DNA of 64,000 nt from a virus (IMGVR_UViG_3300042350_003419:1-64000); one strand, 5' to 3'. Numbered from the stretch's first letter, positions 47,470-58,631 are shown. The notes: generated from the sequence alone by a model not told the origin. Translations and numbers: made by a program.

Positions 47470-48458
47470 AAATATTAATTACTGGTGCTGCTGGGCAAAT
47501 TGGATCTGGATTGGCAAAGTTACTTATAAAAAAAAATCATCAATTGGTGTTAGTTGATAATTTAAGAAATGGGCATAAAACAAACTTAATATCTAAAAAT
47601 AAATTAATTGCACCTTTTGTAAAAGTAGATATTACAACACAGGATTTTTTTGATACATGTTCCCAACATTATGATTGTATTATTCATTTAGCTGCTATTA
47701 CTTCTTTACCAGATTGTGAAAATAACCCATATGAAACAATATCAATTAATGTTGGTGGAACAAGTAATGTTTTAGAATTTGCAAGAAGAAATAATATTCC
47801 GCATGTAATTTTTGCAAGTACTAGTGCTGTTTATGAAAATTCAAATGCCGAAATTTTTACCGAAGATTTAGAAATTAACCCAACTCTTTACTATTGCCTA
47901 TCAAAAAAGATGGCTGAAGATTTGGTAAATTCGTATAGGGAAAATTATAATCTTAAAGTTACTACTCTAAGATTTTTTAATGTCTTTGGTCCAGATGGAG
48001 ATCACACTCGCCTTCATCCACCTTTAATTAATTTCTTAGTTCGTGAATTTAAAAAAGGAATTTCGCCACAACTGAGTGGAGATGGAACTCAAACTAGAGA
48101 TTTTATATGGGTAAATGATGTTGTTTCTATGTTAGATATTTGCTTAGATAAACAACCAAATGATACATTTAATGTTTGTACAGGACAGGTAATAAGTGTA
48201 AATCAAATGGGTCAGTGGGTTGCAGAATCTTTGGAATGCGAACACATTGGGTTATCATATAAACCACCACAAGAACTATGGAGTAGATATCCACAATTAT
48301 TTGACGGTGGTTATCCATTGAATAAAGAAGTGGTTTCTACAGAGACTACTAGACCTTCTAAAGGGTCCTATCAAAAAGCAAAAGATTTATTGGGGTGGGA
48401 ACCTAATTTGGATATTGAAAGTCTTGTAAAAAAAGTTGCCAAAGAGATTGTAATATGA
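47466..48458 (+). CDS. NAD-dependent epimerase/dehydratase
   Basis: TGAAGQIG, YCLSK, LRFFNVFGP. Confidence 0.88.
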   Translation: MKILITGAAGQIGSGLAKLLIKKNHQLVLVDNLRNGHKTNLISKNKLIAPFVKVDITTQDFFDTCSQHYDCIIHLAAITSLPDCENNPYETISINVGGTSNVLEFARRNNIPHVIFASTSAVYENSNAEIFTEDLEINPTLYYCLSKKMAEDLVNSYRENYNLKVTTLRFFNVFGPDGDHTRLHPPLINFLVREFKKGISPQLSGDGTQTRDFIWVNDVVSMLDICLDKQPNDTFNVCTGQVISVNQMGQWVAESLECEHIGLSYKPPQELWSRYPQLFDGGYPLNKEVVSTETTRPSKGSYQKAKDLLGWEPNLDIESLVKKVAKEIVI

Positions 48459-49195
48459 GAGTTGCTTTATGTTTATCCGGTCAACCAAGATTTGTTGACG
48501 AGGTTGCACCTTATATTATTGCCAATGCTTGTCGGGGGTATCAAGTTGATGTATTTGCTCATATATGGTTTGATGAAGAACTTTTGAATAATCCATATAA
48601 GCATGAGGGTAATTGGTCTAGTCAAAGACTTAAGTCCAATGCTGTTGATGATCTATTGAAAATATATAAACCAGTTTCTTATATTATTGAACCTAGTAAA
48701 AAATTTATTGATGATCAAATTCATTTTGAAACTTCTTTTAAAAGATATTGGACTTGGGGTGAACCAGGATTAGAATTTAGAAACAGAATTATTAATAATA
48801 CTCTCTCTTATTTTTATGGATTGAATCAAGTTAATAACTTGAAAAAGGTACATGAATATGCAAATGGATTTAAATATGACTGGGTTGTTAGATGTAGAAC
48901 AGACACAATTTTACACACTAAAATAAATTATGAAAACTATGATCAAAATGTCATTAATTTCTCTGGTTTGTCAAATCAACCAGATGGTATGATTAATGAC
49001 TGGTTTGATTTTGGTGGGTCTAAGGTTATGGATGCCTTTATGAGTTTGTTTCCTGTTTTTGATCTTGTTATGGATAAATGTTTGAAAGAAAATGATATGG
49101 CATTTTGTCCGGAGTTGCTACATAGAAAGATGATTGATTGTTTTAATATTAATATTCAACCACACCCAATTCATATAACGTTACCAAGATTTTAA
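48455..49195 (+). CDS. uncharacterised glycosyltransferase-like protein (ALCLSGQPR family)
   Basis: VALCLSGQPR...YDWVVRCRTD...INDWF. Confidence 0.6.
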   Translation: MRVALCLSGQPRFVDEVAPYIIANACRGYQVDVFAHIWFDEELLNNPYKHEGNWSSQRLKSNAVDDLLKIYKPVSYIIEPSKKFIDDQIHFETSFKRYWTWGEPGLEFRNRIINNTLSYFYGLNQVNNLKKVHEYANGFKYDWVVRCRTDTILHTKINYENYDQNVINFSGLSNQPDGMINDWFDFGGSKVMDAFMSLFPVFDLVMDKCLKENDMAFCPELLHRKMIDCFNINIQPHPIHITLPRF

Positions 49196-50116
49196 ATGTA
49201 TTTTATTACTTTTATTACTGAAGGATACCCGTATGATGGAGGTTTCGATTTAACAGAAACTGGAAATAAAATTAAAGAGAAACTTTCGGATTTTTTTGAA
49301 GAGGTATTTATTTTTACAAAAAGAACTTTAAAACAAATTCCTGGTAGTGAAGAAGTTTGCAATTCTTTTCTAGAACCTCTTGATAATAATCCAAATGCAA
49401 ATCATATCGGATATTTTGACTTTAAACCATTTTTAATTCAACATGTTTTAACAAAAGTTCCAGAGGGAAGTCTTGTTTTATATCATGATGGTAATTTTAA
49501 AAAGAATCCACATTACTTTGATACAGACTGGAAAAACATTTCTTCTATTTGTGAAAATCTATTGGAGGAAAACCAATCTGACTTTTGGGTTCAGATAGAA
49601 AGAGATCCAACTTTAGTGAAAGAGCATGTTAAACAATATACTCTTTCTCAAGTTATATCTAATGAAAATGAATGCCGCTTAGCTTCTAATTCTAGACTCA
49701 TAAATGCGGCTAGAATTTTAGTTAGAAATACTAATTCATCTAAGCAGTTTATTCAAGATTATCTAAATTTGTGTTTAGATAAAAAATTAATTCAAAAAAC
49801 ACCAGATGATAATAGAGACGTTTATGCGAAAAACTATTGTGGAGATCAAGATGTATTAAATGCGTTAGTTTATAAGTATATTTTTGATGGAAAGATAATT
49901 CCAGAATTTCCCAAATATACTTTTGGTGATAGAGTTATCAGAATGGAAAAAATTAAAGGTCAAGATGGTATTATTCGTGGAGGTAGGAAAACATTAATTG
50001 ATAATAATATAGTAGAATATATGAAGTCAAATAAAACTATATTAAATATTGAGGAGAGAATACCCTTAAATCCGCAACAGTTTCAAGAGTGGTGGAATAG
50101 TGAGTTTAAAATATGA
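49196..50116 (+). CDS. putative nucleotide-diphospho-sugar transferase
   Basis: FKPFLI...LYHDG...DQDVLN. Confidence 0.55.
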   Translation: MYFITFITEGYPYDGGFDLTETGNKIKEKLSDFFEEVFIFTKRTLKQIPGSEEVCNSFLEPLDNNPNANHIGYFDFKPFLIQHVLTKVPEGSLVLYHDGNFKKNPHYFDTDWKNISSICENLLEENQSDFWVQIERDPTLVKEHVKQYTLSQVISNENECRLASNSRLINAARILVRNTNSSKQFIQDYLNLCLDKKLIQKTPDDNRDVYAKNYCGDQDVLNALVYKYIFDGKIIPEFPKYTFGDRVIRMEKIKGQDGIIRGGRKTLIDNNIVEYMKSNKTILNIEERIPLNPQQFQEWWNSEFKI

Positions 50117-50850
50117 AAAAATTCGCAGTTTGTTTTTCGGGATATCCAAGATTCGTGAGAGAGTGTTTGGATAGTATTAAAAAAAATTTTTTAGATGGGT
50201 TGGGTGAATATGATGTTTATGCTAATTTTCAATGGAATGATGATTGGCAGAATACTTTAATACATCATGAATTTACAGACAAGTACGAAAAAAATGAATT
50301 GAGTGAATTCATTGAATTATATTCTCCATTAAATCTTAAAGATGTAAAAGTAATTCAACCATATAATTTTGACACTTCATTTTACAATAAATTATCTGCT
50401 GAACCAGATATGGTTTTTGAAACAATTGAGAAAAGTAGAAGTCAATTTTATAGATCTAAATGTCAGTATCAAGGAATTTTGGATTGTGTTAAATTAGTTG
50501 ATCCTAATGAATACGAGTTTATTGTAAGAATTAGAACTGATAATATTTTTGGTACTGAATTAAATTTCAGTCAGTTAGAATCGGATCATATTCTTTGTCA
50601 AGATGGATATGAAGCTGGTTGGGATAGACATTATGCTGATTGGTTTTTTATTGTTCCAACTAGTCAAGTTAATTTCTTTTATGACTTAGCAAATGTGGAA
50701 GAACATTATAAAGATGGAATTATACATATGCATAAACTTATAGAAAATGTTGGAAAACCATATAATATTCAACATTATCAATTTAATATAACCACTACAT
50801 CAATTTGTAGTTATAAAAATACTAAAAATTTTTTGGAGATTAAAAGATGA
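50113..50850 (+). CDS. ALCLSGQPR-family protein (second paralogue)
   Basis: AVCFSGYPR...YEFIVRIRTD...ADWF. Confidence 0.55.
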   Translation: MKKFAVCFSGYPRFVRECLDSIKKNFLDGLGEYDVYANFQWNDDWQNTLIHHEFTDKYEKNELSEFIELYSPLNLKDVKVIQPYNFDTSFYNKLSAEPDMVFETIEKSRSQFYRSKCQYQGILDCVKLVDPNEYEFIVRIRTDNIFGTELNFSQLESDHILCQDGYEAGWDRHYADWFFIVPTSQVNFFYDLANVEEHYKDGIIHMHKLIENVGKPYNIQHYQFNITTTSICSYKNTKNFLEIKR

Positions 50851-51812
50851 AAATTATTATCTGGGGTTTTTATCCTGAAAATGGAGTTTTGAAAAATACA
50901 ATCAGTTACGTTTGGAATTCTTTTTATAATGCATTTAAGTATTTGGGTCATGATGTTTACTGGTTTCCAAATGAAAAAATAGAAAATTTTGATTTTTCTA
51001 ATTGTATTTTTATTGCAGAGGGATATGATGATTCAGAAATTCCTTTAGATAAGACTTCTACTTATTTTGTTCATTGTGCTTATAACCCAGCGAAATATGT
51101 TGGCAATGTCCGTAAGTTTGTTGATATGAGATATAATCTCAAAAAGATTGATCATCCCAATTATGTTTATGAACTTGATAAAGAAAAAACAAAAATGGAC
51201 AAGGGATGTTATTATGAACCATCTACTAATCAAGTTATTGATTTTAAAAATGGTAGAGTAAATTATAGAATTGATGATTTTGATAAAGTCTATATTGGTT
51301 GGGCGACAAATTTAATGCCAAACGAGATAGATGAAAATGATGTTTATTATCCTAGAAGTAACAATGTTTATTTCCTTGGTTCAATATCAAATGATGGAAG
51401 ATACTCTAATATTCATTTGATTGAAGAGTTTGCAAATGAATGTAGAAAAAATAATATTGAATTTGTTTTAAACAATTTTTCTGCAAACCAATTATCTGAG
51501 GAGGATTATATTCGCCTTTCGAAAGAGTCATTGTTGGGATTTGATATTAGATGCCAAGCTGATGTAGAATGGGGAAGAATTTCTTGCAGATTATATAAAA
51601 ATATGAGTTATGGTCATCTTGGAATGACTAACTGCTATGAGGCATATAAAGAACTTGACGAATATTGCTTATATAAAGAATCTCCAACGGAGTTATTTTA
51701 TGCCGCGATGGAAAGAAAGGATGATTATGAGTTTATTAAGCAAAGTGTTAACTACATTAAAGAATATCATACTTATGTCAATCGAGCCCAAAGTCTTTTA
51801 AAAGTGTTATGA
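50847..51812 (+). CDS. GT-B-like glycosyltransferase
   Basis: AFKYLGHDVYW...ISCRLYKNMSYG...HTYVNR. Confidence 0.55.
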   Translation: MKIIIWGFYPENGVLKNTISYVWNSFYNAFKYLGHDVYWFPNEKIENFDFSNCIFIAEGYDDSEIPLDKTSTYFVHCAYNPAKYVGNVRKFVDMRYNLKKIDHPNYVYELDKEKTKMDKGCYYEPSTNQVIDFKNGRVNYRIDDFDKVYIGWATNLMPNEIDENDVYYPRSNNVYFLGSISNDGRYSNIHLIEEFANECRKNNIEFVLNNFSANQLSEEDYIRLSKESLLGFDIRCQADVEWGRISCRLYKNMSYGHLGMTNCYEAYKELDEYCLYKESPTELFYAAMERKDDYEFIKQSVNYIKEYHTYVNRAQSLLKVL

Positions 51813-52540
51813 AATTAGCAGTTTGTTTATCTGGTCAACCAAGGGATGTAAAAAATAGTTTGGAGAATATTAAAGAATCGTGGTCATGCGAACAAAACGT
51901 TGATTTCTTTTTTCATAGTTGGTGGGGTGTAGAAGGAGTTCCATTTAGAGATGATGCACCATCTGATGTTTATACTGATGATTTGTTTGACTATATCATC
52001 ACTACTCTAAATCCAGTTCACTACAAAATTGAAAATCCAATACAGTTTGAAAAACAATATCCAGATTCCGCTCATTGGGGTTGCTATCATCCTAGATTTA
52101 ATAGAAATCCATCTCAAAATATTCAATCAATGTTTTACTCTTTAAATCAATGTAATAATTTAAAAGTTGAATATGAAATAAAAAATAACTTCAAATATGA
52201 TGCCGTTTTGAAGTGTAGATTTGATTATATTTTTAATAAAAAATATGATGTTAAAAATTTTAATTTAAAATATTTGAATACAAAAAATGATTGTAAGCAT
52301 ACGGAATATGCAATCAACGATCATATTGCATTATCAAATAGTGATAATATGAATATGTATTCTGATGTTATTCACCATCTTGACAAATACTATGGGATGG
52401 GTGTAGAATTTAACCCAGAGGTTCTTCTGGGATTTCATGTTTACCATAATCAAATTCCAGTTGCTAAAACTTTGGGGGATAATGACGAATCTTATGTATC
52501 TACAAAAAATGAAAGGTCTTTTATGTATTCAAATGGGTAA
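51809..52540 (+). CDS. ALCLSGQPR-family protein (third paralogue)
   Basis: LAVCLSGQPR...YDAVLKCRFD...INDH. Confidence 0.6.
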   Translation: MKLAVCLSGQPRDVKNSLENIKESWSCEQNVDFFFHSWWGVEGVPFRDDAPSDVYTDDLFDYIITTLNPVHYKIENPIQFEKQYPDSAHWGCYHPRFNRNPSQNIQSMFYSLNQCNNLKVEYEIKNNFKYDAVLKCRFDYIFNKKYDVKNFNLKYLNTKNDCKHTEYAINDHIALSNSDNMNMYSDVIHHLDKYYGMGVEFNPEVLLGFHVYHNQIPVAKTLGDNDESYVSTKNERSFMYSNG

Positions 52541-52548
52541 TAATTAAT

Positions 52549-53445
52549 ATGAAATCATTAGTTACTGGCGGTGCGGGATTTATTGGTTCTAACCTAGTTG
52601 ATCGTCTTCTAGAAATGGGACACGAAGTAGTTGTAATTGATAATGAATTTTCTGATGTCCACGATCAGTTTTATTGGAATGATAAAGCGCAAAACTATAA
52701 GTATGATATTCGTGACTATGGAAATACTCGCCCTCTTTATGATGGTGTAGATTATGTGTTTCATCTTGCTGCTGAAGCGCGTATTCAACCAGCAATTAAA
52801 AATCCTATAGAAGCAGTTAGTATTAACTCAGTAGGCACTGTGACTGTTCTTCAATGTGCTCGTGAGGCAGGTGTGAAGCGTGTAATGTATTCTTCAACAT
52901 CATCTGCTTATGGATTGAATTCGCATCCAAACGTTGAGACACAACCAGATGATTGTTTGAACCCATATTCAGTATCTAAAGTGAATGGTGAAAAACTGTG
53001 TAAAATGTATACAGATCTTTTTAATCTCCCTACAATTTGCTTTAGATATTTTAATGTTTATGGTGAAAGGCAACCTCTTAAAGGGCAGTATGCTCCTGTA
53101 ATTGGTATTTTTATGCGTCAAAGGGATGCTGGGGAATCTCTCACAATTGTTGGGGATGGTAATCAACGCAGAGATTTTACTCACGTTTCTGACGTGGTTA
53201 ACGCAAATATTTTAGCAGCAATTTCAAATCCAAATCCAGAAGTTTTTGGTCAAGTTTTTAATGTTGGAACTGGAAGAAATCACTCAGTTAATGAGATTGC
53301 TGCAATGATTTCTGATCATACTGTTCACCTTCCAGAACGTCCTGGCGAATCAAGGGTGACTCTTGCAGACAATCAAAAACTTAAAAACACTTTTGGATGG
53401 GAACCAAAAATTAAAGTTGAAGAATGGATAGGTAATTGTAAATGA
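52549..53445 (+). CDS. NAD-dependent epimerase (UDP-glucose 4-epimerase-like)
   Basis: TGGAGFIGS, YSVSK, RYFNVYG. Confidence 0.9.
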   Translation: MKSLVTGGAGFIGSNLVDRLLEMGHEVVVIDNEFSDVHDQFYWNDKAQNYKYDIRDYGNTRPLYDGVDYVFHLAAEARIQPAIKNPIEAVSINSVGTVTVLQCAREAGVKRVMYSSTSSAYGLNSHPNVETQPDDCLNPYSVSKVNGEKLCKMYTDLFNLPTICFRYFNVYGERQPLKGQYAPVIGIFMRQRDAGESLTIVGDGNQRRDFTHVSDVVNANILAAISNPNPEVFGQVFNVGTGRNHSVNEIAAMISDHTVHLPERPGESRVTLADNQKLKNTFGWEPKIKVEEWIGNCK

Positions 53446-54404
53446 ACATCGCTTTTATTGGACCTGGAATTATGTCTATCCCTCCAGTTGGATGGGGTGC
53501 AGTTGAAATGTTAATCTGGGATTATGCAAATATACTAGGAGAACTTGGGCATACTGGTGTAATTATTAATACACCAGATAGAAATCAAATTATTGAAGAA
53601 CTAAAACAAGATAAGTTTGATGTTATTCATCTACATTATGATGTTTTTCATGATATTATTCCTCAAATTTTAGAATTAAATAATGGAAAATTAATCGTAT
53701 CTAGTCATTACCCGTATATTGGCAATCAGTCTATGTGGAAATATGATAGATATAATTCAATTGTAGAATCTTATACTAAAAATAAAGAGTTTAACATTTT
53801 TGCATCTAGTCAAAATGATATTGATGTTTTTGTTGAGAATGGTGCAGTTGAATCTAATTGTTGGTTAAATCGTCTTGGTGTTGCTGTTGAATCTTATACA
53901 TATGAAGAAACACCGGTTTATAATAAGACTTTATGTTTTTCTCAAATTTGTGATCGTAAGCGCCAATACCTAATTGAAAATATTGAAGATATTGATTTTG
54001 TTGGTAGGAGAGAAAGTGGGAGATTTACAAATCTTAAAAATTATAAAGGAGAGTATGATAGAGAAAAACTTAACCAAGAAATTACAAAATATTCAAACTT
54101 TATTTTATTGAGTTCTACAGAAAATACAACGCCTCTTGTAGTTAAAGAGGCATTGATTTGTGGTTTGGGTGTTGTAGTTTCGGAGTCTGTTTCTCTGGAA
54201 CTTGATTTGTCTGAAGAATTTATTGATGTAATTCCTGAAAATAAAATTGAAGATATTGATTACATTATTGAAGTAATATCAAGAAATAAAAAATATTCTG
54301 TAAAACACCGAGATCAAATTAGAAAGTATGGTATTGAAAAATTTAGTTTAGAAAAAATTATTGAGATTGAATATATTTCAAAATTACAATCATTAATAAG
54401 TTAA
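53442..54404 (+). CDS. GT4-like glycosyltransferase
   Basis: IPPVGWGAVE...E..PLVVKEAL..GL. Confidence 0.75.
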   Translation: MNIAFIGPGIMSIPPVGWGAVEMLIWDYANILGELGHTGVIINTPDRNQIIEELKQDKFDVIHLHYDVFHDIIPQILELNNGKLIVSSHYPYIGNQSMWKYDRYNSIVESYTKNKEFNIFASSQNDIDVFVENGAVESNCWLNRLGVAVESYTYEETPVYNKTLCFSQICDRKRQYLIENIEDIDFVGRRESGRFTNLKNYKGEYDREKLNQEITKYSNFILLSSTENTTPLVVKEALICGLGVVVSESVSLELDLSEEFIDVIPENKIEDIDYIIEVISRNKKYSVKHRDQIRKYGIEKFSLEKIIEIEYISKLQSLIS

Positions 54405-54405
54405 T

Positions 54406-56142
54406 ATGAAAATAAGTATCATTGGACCAAATACTCAAATACCTCCAGTAGGATGGGGTGCAGTCGAAAGTTTGATATGGGACTATAAAATATTTTTAGA
54501 AAAAATGGGTCATGAGATTCAAATCGTCAATATTAATGATCCCATAAAAATTATAGAAACAATCAATAGATTTAATCCCGATTTTGTTCATATTAATTAT
54601 GATGATTGGGTTGGTCTATATCCATACATTAATTATCCTTGTGCTTGCACTACTCATTTTGCTTATCTAGAAAGACCGGAAATGATGGGTGGATATATTA
54701 ATATCTTTAATCTCTTTGAAAATATTAAACCCAATGTTTTTTGTTTATCCGAATCAATTAAAGAAGTTTATAAAACTAAAGCAGATATTCCGAGTCATAG
54801 ATTATTTGTAACTCCAAATGGTGTAAATACAGATGCGTTTGAATTTACTTTAAATCCAGAGTATCCTGATCGTAGTATTTACTTAGCAAAAATAGATTAT
54901 CGCAAACGCCAATATAAATTTCAAAATATTGATTCTATATGGTATGCAGGAAATATTGCGGATTCTAGATTTGATGAGTCAAAAAATTATCTTGGTGAAT
55001 GGAATAAAAATATTTTACACGAAAATCTTACTAAATATGGAAATCTAATTCTTTTATCCGATGGTGAAGCTCATCCTTTAGTTTGTATGGAAGCATTTGC
55101 TGCTGGATTGGGTGTAGTTATAAGTGAATATGCAACAGCAAACTTAGATCAAACTAAAGAATTTATTACAGTAATTCCCGAAAATAAGATTGATGATTTA
55201 GAATATATAGAGAGACAAATTATTAAAAATAGAACTTATTCAGTTCAACATAGGGAAGAAATTTTAGAATATTCTAAAATATTTTCTTGGAAGCATACTT
55301 TAACATCTTATTTTATTCCAATGGTTAAAAAAGTAATTACTGATTATAATAATTCAAAGAAAAAAATTGCTATTAATTTTATAGGTACTGGAAATTACTT
55401 AAAGTTTTTCCCAAAATATTATGAAACACTTATGGAATATTTTGTTCCAGAATGTCAGAAAGATTTTTTTGTTTTTACAGATGGAGATCTTGGAGATGAC
55501 ATTCCAGACAATATTAAAATTATACCATCATCTGAAAATATTGAAATTACCACATCAGATTATTCTTCAGATAATTGGTATAATTTAATGTATAATAGTA
55601 TTGGTGGATTGAGAAGATTTGGAGAAATCAAAAAAATTGAAAGCCAATTAAAGGATTATGATTGGTATGTATACTTTGATGCAGATATGTATTGCTGTGA
55701 TCAACTAATCACTTATGAAGAATTCTTTAATGATGAAAAACCATTCTTTGGAGTTCAGCATCCAACTTTTAGTACTCACTGGAGTAAATTTATTGGTCAA
55801 CTACCATTTGAAAGAAACGAAAAGTCTTTATCATCTATAAAAGTGGGGGATGAAAGAGATGACATATATCTTCAAGGATGTATTTGGGGAGGTAAGATTC
55901 CAGAAATTTTTAAATTAATTGATGAACTTGATGGAAGAATTAAAAAAGATTTGGAAAATAATGTAATGGCAGCAGCGCATGATGAAAGTCATTTAAATAG
56001 ATATAGGATTGATAATTTTGAAGATTTTCATGTATTACATTCTTGCTTTGCAAAACCTGGGAATTACCCTGATAGTGAGTTTGATTTTTCCGCAAGAATG
56101 ATTCACTCCCCTGCCGATAAAAAAACTATTCTTTATTCTTGA
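54406..56142 (+). CDS. GT4-like plus GT6 bifunctional glycosyltransferase
   Basis: N-half paralogous to the previous ORF; C-half IGTGNY..FF...VFTD...FDADM...HDESHLNRY. Confidence 0.8.
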   Translation: MKISIIGPNTQIPPVGWGAVESLIWDYKIFLEKMGHEIQIVNINDPIKIIETINRFNPDFVHINYDDWVGLYPYINYPCACTTHFAYLERPEMMGGYINIFNLFENIKPNVFCLSESIKEVYKTKADIPSHRLFVTPNGVNTDAFEFTLNPEYPDRSIYLAKIDYRKRQYKFQNIDSIWYAGNIADSRFDESKNYLGEWNKNILHENLTKYGNLILLSDGEAHPLVCMEAFAAGLGVVISEYATANLDQTKEFITVIPENKIDDLEYIERQIIKNRTYSVQHREEILEYSKIFSWKHTLTSYFIPMVKKVITDYNNSKKKIAINFIGTGNYLKFFPKYYETLMEYFVPECQKDFFVFTDGDLGDDIPDNIKIIPSSENIEITTSDYSSDNWYNLMYNSIGGLRRFGEIKKIESQLKDYDWYVYFDADMYCCDQLITYEEFFNDEKPFFGVQHPTFSTHWSKFIGQLPFERNEKSLSSIKVGDERDDIYLQGCIWGGKIPEIFKLIDELDGRIKKDLENNVMAAAHDESHLNRYRIDNFEDFHVLHSCFAKPGNYPDSEFDFSARMIHSPADKKTILYS

Positions 56143-56146
56143 TAAA

Positions 56147-56929
56147 ATGATTGGATTTAATTATCTTGGACAAAATGGTCGTTTAGCAAATCAGATGTTT
56201 CAGTATGCTTCTTTAAGAGGTATTGCTGCAACAAAAGGATATGATTTCTGTATTCCTAAAACCGACTATGGTGATGAATGGAAAGATAATAAATTATTTG
56301 ATGTGTTTGAACTTAATAATTTAAAAAATGTGGGTTTTTTGCCTGCGGATTTTTATGCAGAAAACCAGTTTCACTATGATTCTGAGTATGTTGAAAATTG
56401 TCCAGATAATGTAAATTTACATGGATATTTTCAGAGTGAAAAATACTTTAAGCATATTGAAGATAGTATCAGAGAAGACTTTAAGTTTAAAGAATATATT
56501 TTAGAACCTTGTGTAACTAATTTTGATTTTGATGATATTATTGCCTTGCATGTAAGAAGAACTGACTACGTTTCTAATTCAGAAAATCATCCTCCGTGCG
56601 ATCTTTCTTATTATGAAAGAGCATTAGAACATTTTGATTCTGATATTCCTGTAATGATTTTTTCGGATGATGTTGGATGGTGTCAGTCTCAGACTTTATT
56701 TGAATCAGATAGATTTATTATTTCAGAATCTCATAATGGATTTATTGATTTATGTTTAATGAGTATGTGCCATTATCATATTATTGCAAACTCTTCATTC
56801 TCTTGGTGGGGAGCATGGTTGGCAAAGAGTAAAAAAGTTATTGCTCCTTTACGGTGGTTTGGTACAGAGGGTAATACTTCTAAAAATCAAACTCAAGATT
56901 TATATTTAAATGATTGGATTAGAATATGA
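56147..56929 (+). CDS. GT11 alpha-1,2-fucosyltransferase
   Basis: GRLANQMFQYA, HVRRTDY, IIANSSFSWWGAWL. Confidence 0.9.
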   Translation: MIGFNYLGQNGRLANQMFQYASLRGIAATKGYDFCIPKTDYGDEWKDNKLFDVFELNNLKNVGFLPADFYAENQFHYDSEYVENCPDNVNLHGYFQSEKYFKHIEDSIREDFKFKEYILEPCVTNFDFDDIIALHVRRTDYVSNSENHPPCDLSYYERALEHFDSDIPVMIFSDDVGWCQSQTLFESDRFIISESHNGFIDLCLMSMCHYHIIANSSFSWWGAWLAKSKKVIAPLRWFGTEGNTSKNQTQDLYLNDWIRI

Positions 56930-57771
56930 AAAAAATAGATCTCTCCAACTGCACTTTTATAATTCCGATTAGACTTGACTCTGGAGATAGGACTAGGAAT
57001 ATTACTACAGTTCTTTGCTATCTTCTAAAAACTTTTAACACTAAAGTGATATTAAAAGAAGTTGATTCCAGACCTTTTGTTGAAGAGTGTGTTATAAAAC
57101 AAATTAAAGAATTTTTAGATAAGGATGAAATTAACAATCTGATATATCTGTTTGAAAAATCTGATAGTTCAGAATTTCACAGAATGAAAATTTTAAATGA
57201 AATGATAGAACAGGTAAAAACTGATATTGTGGTTAATTATGATTGTGATGCTTTATTAAAAGCAGAAACTTGCATAGAAGCAGTAAAATTAATAGTAAAG
57301 AAAAATTATGATTTAGTTTATCCCTATGGATTAGGAGACTATCAATATCAAATTTTTGCAACTGATGCACTTGTAAGTGACTTTATTAATAATAATTTTG
57401 ATTTTTCAATTTTAGAAAAAAATTCCAATATTCATAGGTCTGAGTTTGGACACGTTCAATTCATTAAAACAAAATCCTATATTAATGCTGGAATGGAAAA
57501 CGAGAACTTTATTTCCTGGTCTCCAGAAGATAAAGAAAGATATTTTAGATTTAATGTTCTTGGATATAATGTGGGTAGAATTGATCACTCATATGTATAT
57601 CACTTAGAGCATTATAGGGGACATAACTCTGGTTTTGAAAATCCATATATTACTAGAAATAATGAATTGTGGAATTATCTTCAAACATTAAATCAAAAAC
57701 AATTAAGGAGATATTATCAATCACAAAAATATTTAAAGAAATATCAATCTCATAACTTAAATAAGGTTTAA
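56926..57771 (+). CDS. GT-A (GT2/GT7-like) glycosyltransferase
   Basis: YDCD; GMENENFISWSPED. Confidence 0.75.
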   Translation: MKKIDLSNCTFIIPIRLDSGDRTRNITTVLCYLLKTFNTKVILKEVDSRPFVEECVIKQIKEFLDKDEINNLIYLFEKSDSSEFHRMKILNEMIEQVKTDIVVNYDCDALLKAETCIEAVKLIVKKNYDLVYPYGLGDYQYQIFATDALVSDFINNNFDFSILEKNSNIHRSEFGHVQFIKTKSYINAGMENENFISWSPEDKERYFRFNVLGYNVGRIDHSYVYHLEHYRGHNSGFENPYITRNNELWNYLQTLNQKQLRRYYQSQKYLKKYQSHNLNKV

Positions 57772-57777
57772 TTTGTC

Positions 57778-58572
57778 ATGGATAAAAACAAAGCAATCTA
57801 TAAACTCAAAGGTCTTCCCCCCATCTATTATCTCAATCTGGACGAACAACCAGAAAGAGCAGAGTATATGGAGGATCAATTCAAGTATTGGGAAATTGAA
57901 GATTATACTCGCATCTCTGCTTATGATGGTAGGGATGGTAGAGACTTAGGTGATATTCTTAAAGGTCGTTATCCTGATATGATGTCTTCTGGTGAAGTCG
58001 GTTGCGTAACATCTCATCTGAAGGCACTCAGGCACTTCTTAGAGACTTCTGATGCACCTTGTGCTCTCATTATGGAGGATGATTGTGATTTAGATACTGT
58101 AAAACATTGGGGATTTAATTGGAAAGATTTCTTTTCTAAGATTCCTTATGCTTATGACGTTGTTCAACTTGCAATCATTAATCCTGCACAAGTTCATATT
58201 AAGTTGCATCGTAGATTTGTGAATGATTTTTCTACTGCTTGCTATTTAATTACTCGTCATCATGCACAAAAACTTATCAGTCTTCATGTTCGTGGTGATA
58301 GGTATAAGATTGACAATGGAGTTAAACCCAGAGCAGTTGCTGATGATTTAATTTATAATTCTGGAAATACATATTCAATTCCATTATTTCTTTATAAGAT
58401 TGAATTGGGATCTTCTATTCATAATGAACATATTGATATTTTTCATAAGTCAAGTTATGAAGGACTTTGGAATTTTTGGAGAAATGATTCCAGTAATATA
58501 AGTGATTGGAATCCAATATTTGATTATGATCCTTATTTCGGAACTCTACCGCCAGGATTTGAAAACAAATAG
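57778..58572 (+). CDS. GT25 glycosyltransferase
   Basis: YLNLD...R; GEVGC..SH; IMEDD. Confidence 0.82.
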   Translation: MDKNKAIYKLKGLPPIYYLNLDEQPERAEYMEDQFKYWEIEDYTRISAYDGRDGRDLGDILKGRYPDMMSSGEVGCVTSHLKALRHFLETSDAPCALIMEDDCDLDTVKHWGFNWKDFFSKIPYAYDVVQLAIINPAQVHIKLHRRFVNDFSTACYLITRHHAQKLISLHVRGDRYKIDNGVKPRAVADDLIYNSGNTYSIPLFLYKIELGSSIHNEHIDIFHKSSYEGLWNFWRNDSSNISDWNPIFDYDPYFGTLPPGFENK

Positions 58573-58631
58573 GGCTTGACACTCCTCCTTTTCTGCTATA
58601 TACTTGTGTAACAGTTCTTCACAAAACTTAT

